This document shows positions 9,899-15,259 of a stretch of DNA of 15,259 nt, piece by piece. Position 1 is the stretch's first letter. Each line of letters opens with the position of its first letter. The DNA lies in NCBI GenBank assembly GCA_024626585.2, contig JANKJI020000002.1, positions 179,608,958 to 179,624,216 of the forward strand, written 5' to 3'. The position numbers and the translations under genes were made by a program. This DNA is from Ginkgo biloba (Eukaryota; Plantae; Ginkgophyta). The notes below the pieces were generated by a model. The model searched no databases. It was not told the DNA's origin and saw only the letters and a list, made by a program, of their open reading frames with translations.

Positions 9899-11104
9899 AA
9901 AAATGTCTTCGCATTAAGCCCAAATAATACCAACATCTAATAGATCTTGCCTGTTGCCAAATTTCCTCAAAATGAACCATTAGCATACTCAAAACTTGAT
10001 AACTTGCTGCTGAACCAACCACAACCTGCCCAATCTAACGGTTGCAATGTGTACGGCAGACAATTTTCTCAGATATTCATTTTGAGATGCGACAAATATC
10101 CCTCAGCATCTAACTTCACAGTGACTTAATATAAGCAATTAATCACTCACACACCATAGAAATGTAAGAAACTACTGTGACAAATGGCGGATGCCAAACA
10201 ACAATGACTAATTCATTTTGACAGTTCCCACACTACTATCAGTTATGCAAACACTCGAGTCAATTCTTCCAAAAGAATAACACTTTCACAATTAATACTA
10301 AACCAAATACCCTGCTCAGTCTTCAAAACCATCAACCATCAAAATCATACAGAATGTGCCCTAGAAATTATCTCCGCTAAACGCACAGAACTTACACATT
10401 CTCAAAATCCACAAATAAAAGTAATCTTCTACAAAGCAAGGCTAACTCACAAAAACTGCAATTCCTCCCTGGGATAAGATAAGATCGCTTCTAGAAACAA
10501 GTGCGAGCACAGCCTGTGATCATGTCCCAAAAAAAAAATTGGAGCATCCTCTAATCAAATACAATCACTTCTGAGAGACTATCTACTTAGACTGAGCAGA
10601 CTGTGATCATGCCTGAGAGAAATGTGAGTTTGGTTTAGGGCATCGTAAAATCAAATCCAATGTATACTTCCACTACCCAACAAATTTCCAAAATCCACAC
10701 ACTACTTGCACTTAATTTCCAAGAACAATGGTTGCTCATTCAATCTTCACAAATCCTCCCAACTTATATGAAAGAGAAAATAGCTAACATCACCTGCCCT
10801 AATCGCTCATTAAAACAAATTGATCTGGAAACCGAATCCAGCACAGAACATATAGCATCATCCATCACATCAACTACTTTTTATTAGATTGGAACATAAC
10901 TTAGACCTCTCTGCTTGACACACAAGTTTGTATGCTTATGATCACATTGCATCGCACAATTCACATTAACCCATGTGATAAAATCTTTCTAACAAAAGCT
11001 TTTATGTACTCCCAAACATATCATATTCTGGTCCTTTTATCGTAAACCCATATACAACACCTAACTAATATGTAAAGGTGGTGCCAACAACATTGTTATT
11101 GATG

Positions 11105-12200
11105 TTATAACTTGAAACAACTCCCATTCACCAACTTGGGTAAAAGTTAGCTATTTAATTGCTNNNNNNNNNNNNNNNNNNNNNNNNNNNNNNNNNNNNN
11201 NNNNNNNNNNNNNNNNNNNNNNNNNNNNNNNNNNCAAGATGTGTGCAGAAATTGATGTCATAAAGTAAAACCGAATCTCCTTCCATGAACAATGGATCGC
11301 AAAATGACAATCATGCCAGACCTTCTATTGTTACTTGTCATATTGTTACATAACATGCCATATGTCAAGTCTCAGCAAGCTACAATAATAGGTACAACCA
11401 TGCTAAATGAGAAGCTTTCTCTCCTAATTGGCATTCAATTGCAATCCACAAACTACAATACAACAAACTCCATCGAAAGCTGCTTCCTGTCCATACATCA
11501 TTCAAAAAGCGCTTGCCTCGTTGATTGCTTTNNNNNNNNNNGAAAAGCCCAACGTCCCAGATTAATTTTCTAGGCCCAATCCAAACATCCAACATCACCT
11601 ACTTTAGCAAAGCTTCCTCCATAATCTTATTAACACTTTTCGCCCGTGCATTACATCTAATAAGACAATGTGGACTTACAATGTGTAATCATGAAGAGCT
11701 TCATTTTCTACAACCATTTCATTCATAAATCCACCATCGTGACCATTGGCTAGCTAAAGTGAAGAACCAAAATGAGTGATGATTACCTCTAAAAAAACTG
11801 TATCATAGTATAACAATCTAGTGACAACACCAGACGTGCTTCACATCACTTGGTCACATAATCCCTAGCAACCAAAGTGTAGTAAGCCTGAGTTCATCGA
11901 GCAACATGTTTAATTAGTTCATCAAAATCANNNNNNNNNNNNNNNNNNNNNNNGTGGCAAAATCGAATATAATGGCATATGCATATGTTTGTTTGGTTTT
12001 CCCACTCACTGATATACATCACACCTTCAGTCCCAATAAGCAACATCCTGAAACAAAGTAGGCCATCAAAGTCCTGTATTCTAAATTTGTCATGAAGTAA
12101 CATTGGTTGCACGATGTCCCCCAATAGGTCCATTGCGTGCTTCCCACAAAATCTAAGGTAATTTATGTCCCAATACACAACATCTCATAGTATGATCTAG
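11105..12200 (-). pseudogene. Ty3/gypsy integrase remnant (HHCC, rve core, C-terminal tail)
   Basis: HHCC region ILWEARNGPIGGH...GL*WPTLFQDV...RCDVYQ*VGKP (12152-11994). Core DFDELIK...YTLVARDYVTK*CEA, EVIITHFG, KSVNKIM and MMYGQEA. Tail VWHD...GDSVLLYD and LVNGSCFKL. Confidence 0.92.
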
Positions 12201-12429
12201 TCCAATACAATACAAACATCCGACAATCAATTGTTATGGAACAACTCAATAAGCCACATTTTGATACTCCATCCTATCTAATCTAGGTGGCACAGTCCCT
12301 GATGCTAGAAACTCTACAATGTCTACATACCAATCTGGAATAGCTTCAAGATGAAGGAGCTTAGCATCTAAAAAATCATCATGTACCCTAACTGCTGCTT
12401 CACCATTATTAATACAAGGCAATAGAATT

Positions 12430-12790
12430 GAAACAACATGGCTTTGCTCTGTTTGACAACAATTTTTAATGTGAATTCCTGAAACAACACCAACCATCTA
12501 CTCACTCGTGCAAAAACAGCTTGTTCATCAGATACATAAGGCTTGATGAGCTAAAATGTGAAATGGTTGGCTAAAAGATAGTGTTGAAACTTTAAAAGAG
12601 CATACACCATCCCTAGGCCTTCTCGTTCCATTAAAGTATAATTCTTCTCAATTGGTGTAAGTTTGCAGATAACAAGATATACTGGATGATCAATCTTTTC
12701 TTCTATTGGTTGTGTTAACACACAAACACGTCCAAACAACAACAAATCAACACAAAAAATGATTTCTTCCGATATGAAAACTTCACGATA
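12430..12790 (-). pseudogene. Ty3/gypsy RNase H remnant
   Basis: VLTQPIEEKIDHPVYLVICKLTPIEKNYTLMEREGLGMVYALLKFQHYLLANHFTF (ORF 12551-12745), followed by HQALMYL and WLVLFQEF-like segments. Confidence 0.92.
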
Positions 12791-12899
12791 GGTGTTATGT
12801 TAACTTTAATTTTGAACGTTTATTGCTCTAGAATCCATAACCCTATTGTACCTTTCTTCAATTAAGGATCATTAAAATTCAACATGACTATCAAAAAAA

Positions 12900-13480
12900 T
12901 GTCAATAATAGCTTTTGACACATGCCAAAAAAAACTCTTGATCCTGTACGGTTTGTACATATCTGGTATTCCAAAATTGGCCACACATTATCAACATCAA
13001 CTAACAATCCTACTTTAGCAACACTATGCCCCAAAAAGTACCAAAAGCAACTAAGATGATACACTTCTTCAGATTGAGATACAACTTCTTCTACCAAAAA
13101 CTATCCAACATTTCCTTAATACTACCCAAATGATTTTGCAGCAACCCAGACAATGTCTAGTTAATCAATATCAATTTAACTTTTTTCCCAATTAAATCTT
13201 TAAAAAATCAAAATTACCAATTAATACATAGTTGGTGCAAATGGAATAACATGATAAGCACACATCCCCCCATTCCACAGCAAATGTTGTTTTCAACTAG
13301 TCTTAGGAACAATGCTAACCTGATTATGACCACTAATTCCATCCACAACATAATAATATCGTGACTAACAACTTTTTCCAAGATATCCTCTATAAAACGC
13401 ATTGGTAAGGGATCACGTTTTGCCCATTGGTCAAAGCTCAATATTCCACACAAATCTGCATCTTCCAATTCTTCTTTCTA
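12900..13480 (-). pseudogene. Ty3/gypsy reverse transcriptase remnant
   Basis: KKNWKMQICVEY, KRDPLPMRFIEDILEKV, IFKDLIGK, LYLNLKKC and FLGHSVAKVGLLVD across shifting frames. The catalytic xxDD motif has decayed. Confidence 0.9.
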
Positions 13481-13839
13481 GAAAAACTCCCACTCTTGAA
13501 TAATATGTTGGGAACAACTCCCACCCTTAAACTGAAGTGTGATCTACTACAACAAGTAGATCAATACAAGTTCCATCAACCACGTCTAAAGATGAGTCAA
13601 AACACAAACTATACAAATTAAATACAAGCTCTAAATCTTCCCACGCACTTTCAATAGGCGGACCAAAAAAAACTTGTACAAATCGATGTCAAAGTGTCAA
13701 TGAACTCACAATCTTATGTTTCTCTTAAGAGGCAACCCACTCATCATGCTACTCAATTAATATCCTAGGAAACAAGTGCAGTCACAATTTTTCATCAATA
13801 ACTTTTTCAAATTGAATGTAAACGATTGTTGACCCTAGT

Positions 13840-14150
13840 ATTGAATAGCTCAAGTTACTATCCGCCATGGACAACCCAATAATGTTAGATAAACTTTAAT
13901 TCTTTAAGTTGTTTTTATCATTATGAAATATACATTCTTAACAACTTGCAACTCTAACCAACTCAATCATCCAATCTTTAAAAAATACCAATAAGAGATG
14001 TTTTTTATTGATCATTTGTCCTACCATTGAAGGTTGGATACTACAAAGTTTGTTTCTCCAACCTTCCATTGGAACACTAACAACACATTCAAGTTTGTTC
14101 CTCCATCCACAATTGCTCCTAAAATGATCATTCCTTTGATCACCAAGGGA
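13840..14150 (-). pseudogene. Retrotransposon aspartic protease remnant
   Basis: EPQVPLVIKGMIILGAIVDGGTNLNVL (DGG at 14107-14099) and LLGCPW (13882-13865, LLGRPW equivalent). Confidence 0.85.
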
Positions 14151-14846
14151 ACTTGTGGTTCAAAATTATCTTGTCTTCTTGAGAACACATAGCCAAATCA
14201 AGAAATTACACAACTTTATCAAATTGCATAGCTTCATTTGAGACTTCCAACGATTCAATAGTTGTGGACAAAACAACTTTGAGACTGAGCTCATCTTGCG
14301 ATTATTGAAGCATTCACATCTTTATCTTAACTCGCCAATGCTCGACATTCTACATTTAATGGATCAGGACACCGAGGAAACTTTAAAATCTCCAACCATG
14401 GAGGTTCAACTACAAGAACAATTTACCTTCTTCCTTTGGTGATAAGTCGATAGCGAATGTGGACAATTATCCCCATCATCTACAATCATCTTCTTTGTTA
14501 GCTTTCGATCGTTTGACTTCAGCACCCATGCTATCTTCTGAAGTTAAGTCACTACCTATTTCAAGGTTTGTTGGTTGTAGTGTTCCTTGGGAGAAACCAA
14601 ATCTTGTTTCTATATAGTCTCCTATACTAGTGTAGTATCTCAATACATTTGTTGATCCATTCGTTGTACCATTGTTGATGTAGCGCTATATTGTTCTTTC
14701 TCCTTAACATGATTAGCATAGTCTATCTCTTGCTACATTAGACATTGTCTTTATAATTCACTATGCAATAGTTCTTCATTTGCTTTACTAACATTGAGGC
14801 TCGTGGTTAACAAGTTTGCTATCTTATTTTAATTTGAATATTTAAT

Positions 14847-14960
14847 ACAATTTTCATATTCATGATTTATAGGTCAACACTTTTGACAAATCAGCTTGCC
14901 ACTAGCTTTTTCTAGGGGGCAATCGTTTTCTTAGTAACCCTAATCCAAACAAAATAAGCA
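14847..14960 (-). pseudogene. Gag nucleocapsid: two tandem CX2CX4HX4C zinc knuckles (decayed)
   Basis: A single frame reads CLFCLD*GY*ENDC (14960-14919; H to Y) - PLEKASGKLI - CQKC*PINHEYENC (14888-14847). Confidence 0.8.
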
Positions 14961-15259
14961 ATCAATAACTTTTGTTTTTCCTTCATGCTTCTCATACCCA
15001 AAATCATGACTAGTCTCTACATCTCTATTCACCTTTTGATTTTACACATTCAAAGACTACCTACCTCGATAACCTCAACTATCATAATATAGGTTCCTCG
15101 TGTTATATCTTTAATTTAGATCAATCATGTGAATTCACATAAAAAAGATTTAGAACACTATGAAGAATATAGCTTACAATGCTCTAGATGCTCATCATGA
15201 GCATGGCAATATGTGTTGCGAGGAAGAGGATGTCATATATCTTCTTTTTATTGGTGGTT

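Larger units (their letters stand above)
11100..15259 (-). mobile_element. Dead Ty3/gypsy LTR retrotransposon gag-pol region, non-chromovirus-like (Athila/Tat-like motifs); probably continues past the window end
   Basis: Minus-strand domain order is Gag Zn knuckles - PR - RT - RNase H - INT (gypsy order), with many stops and frameshifts. It has a DDFLDAKLLHLEAIPDWYVDIVEFLASG linker and an INT tail FMEGDSVLLYD...LVNGSCFKL, with no chromodomain seen. No LTR identified. Confidence 0.95.

Noticed and set aside
10010-10024. Minus-strand TTG TGG TTG GTT CAG (LWLVQ), resembling the end of QCR10 exon 1
   Set aside because: Not followed by GT. The upstream frame (LSAVHIATVRLGR) lacks the Ala-rich W-G transmembrane motif and has no ATG before an in-frame stop. 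Likely coincidence.
8629-10887. Plus-strand short ORFs (8629, 9335, 9947, 10660)
   Set aside because: They are 60-80 aa, mostly with non-ATG starts, have compositions reflecting the A/C skew, and carry no motifs.
11292-13621. Plus-strand ORFs overlapping the gypsy pol (11292, 11525, 13427) as antisense genes
   Set aside because: Short shadow frames of the decayed minus-strand pol.
1-15259. CRISPR array, retron/DGR-like RT system or other prokaryotic defence locus
   Set aside because: No regularly spaced repeats or operon structure. Both RT remnants are explained by eukaryotic L1 and Ty3/gypsy elements.

Overview
AT-rich eukaryotic DNA, most likely a land plant, from a gappy draft assembly: 12 N-runs, three of them exactly 100 N (probably gaps of unknown size). 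There is no prokaryotic gene organisation, CRISPR array, rRNA or intact tRNA, and almost all ORF-track entries are spurious or broken transposon fragments. The one recognisable host coding segment, which the ORF track missed, is a minus-strand terminal exon (1401-1460, PFDWLKEKLTAKPEENQTA*). It resembles the C-terminus of plant cytochrome bc1 subunit QCR10/UCRY; its first exon is not visible. The rest is layered decayed transposons: a probable non-autonomous hAT-like element (~4617-4998), two L1 ORF1 heads plus a heavily internally deleted L1 (~5366-7331), and a probable LTR+PBS (7332-7682) that cuts off the L1. A dead minus-strand Ty3/gypsy gag-pol (~11100-15259) keeps twin CCHC knuckles, PR, RT, RNase H and INT, with no chromodomain seen. 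An unexplained, strand-skewed ~2.3 kb non-coding tract (8600-10950) carries a recurring TGTGATC motif. I found no convincing novel biological system; the findings are modest leads. All family assignments come from motifs recognised by eye, not from database searches.
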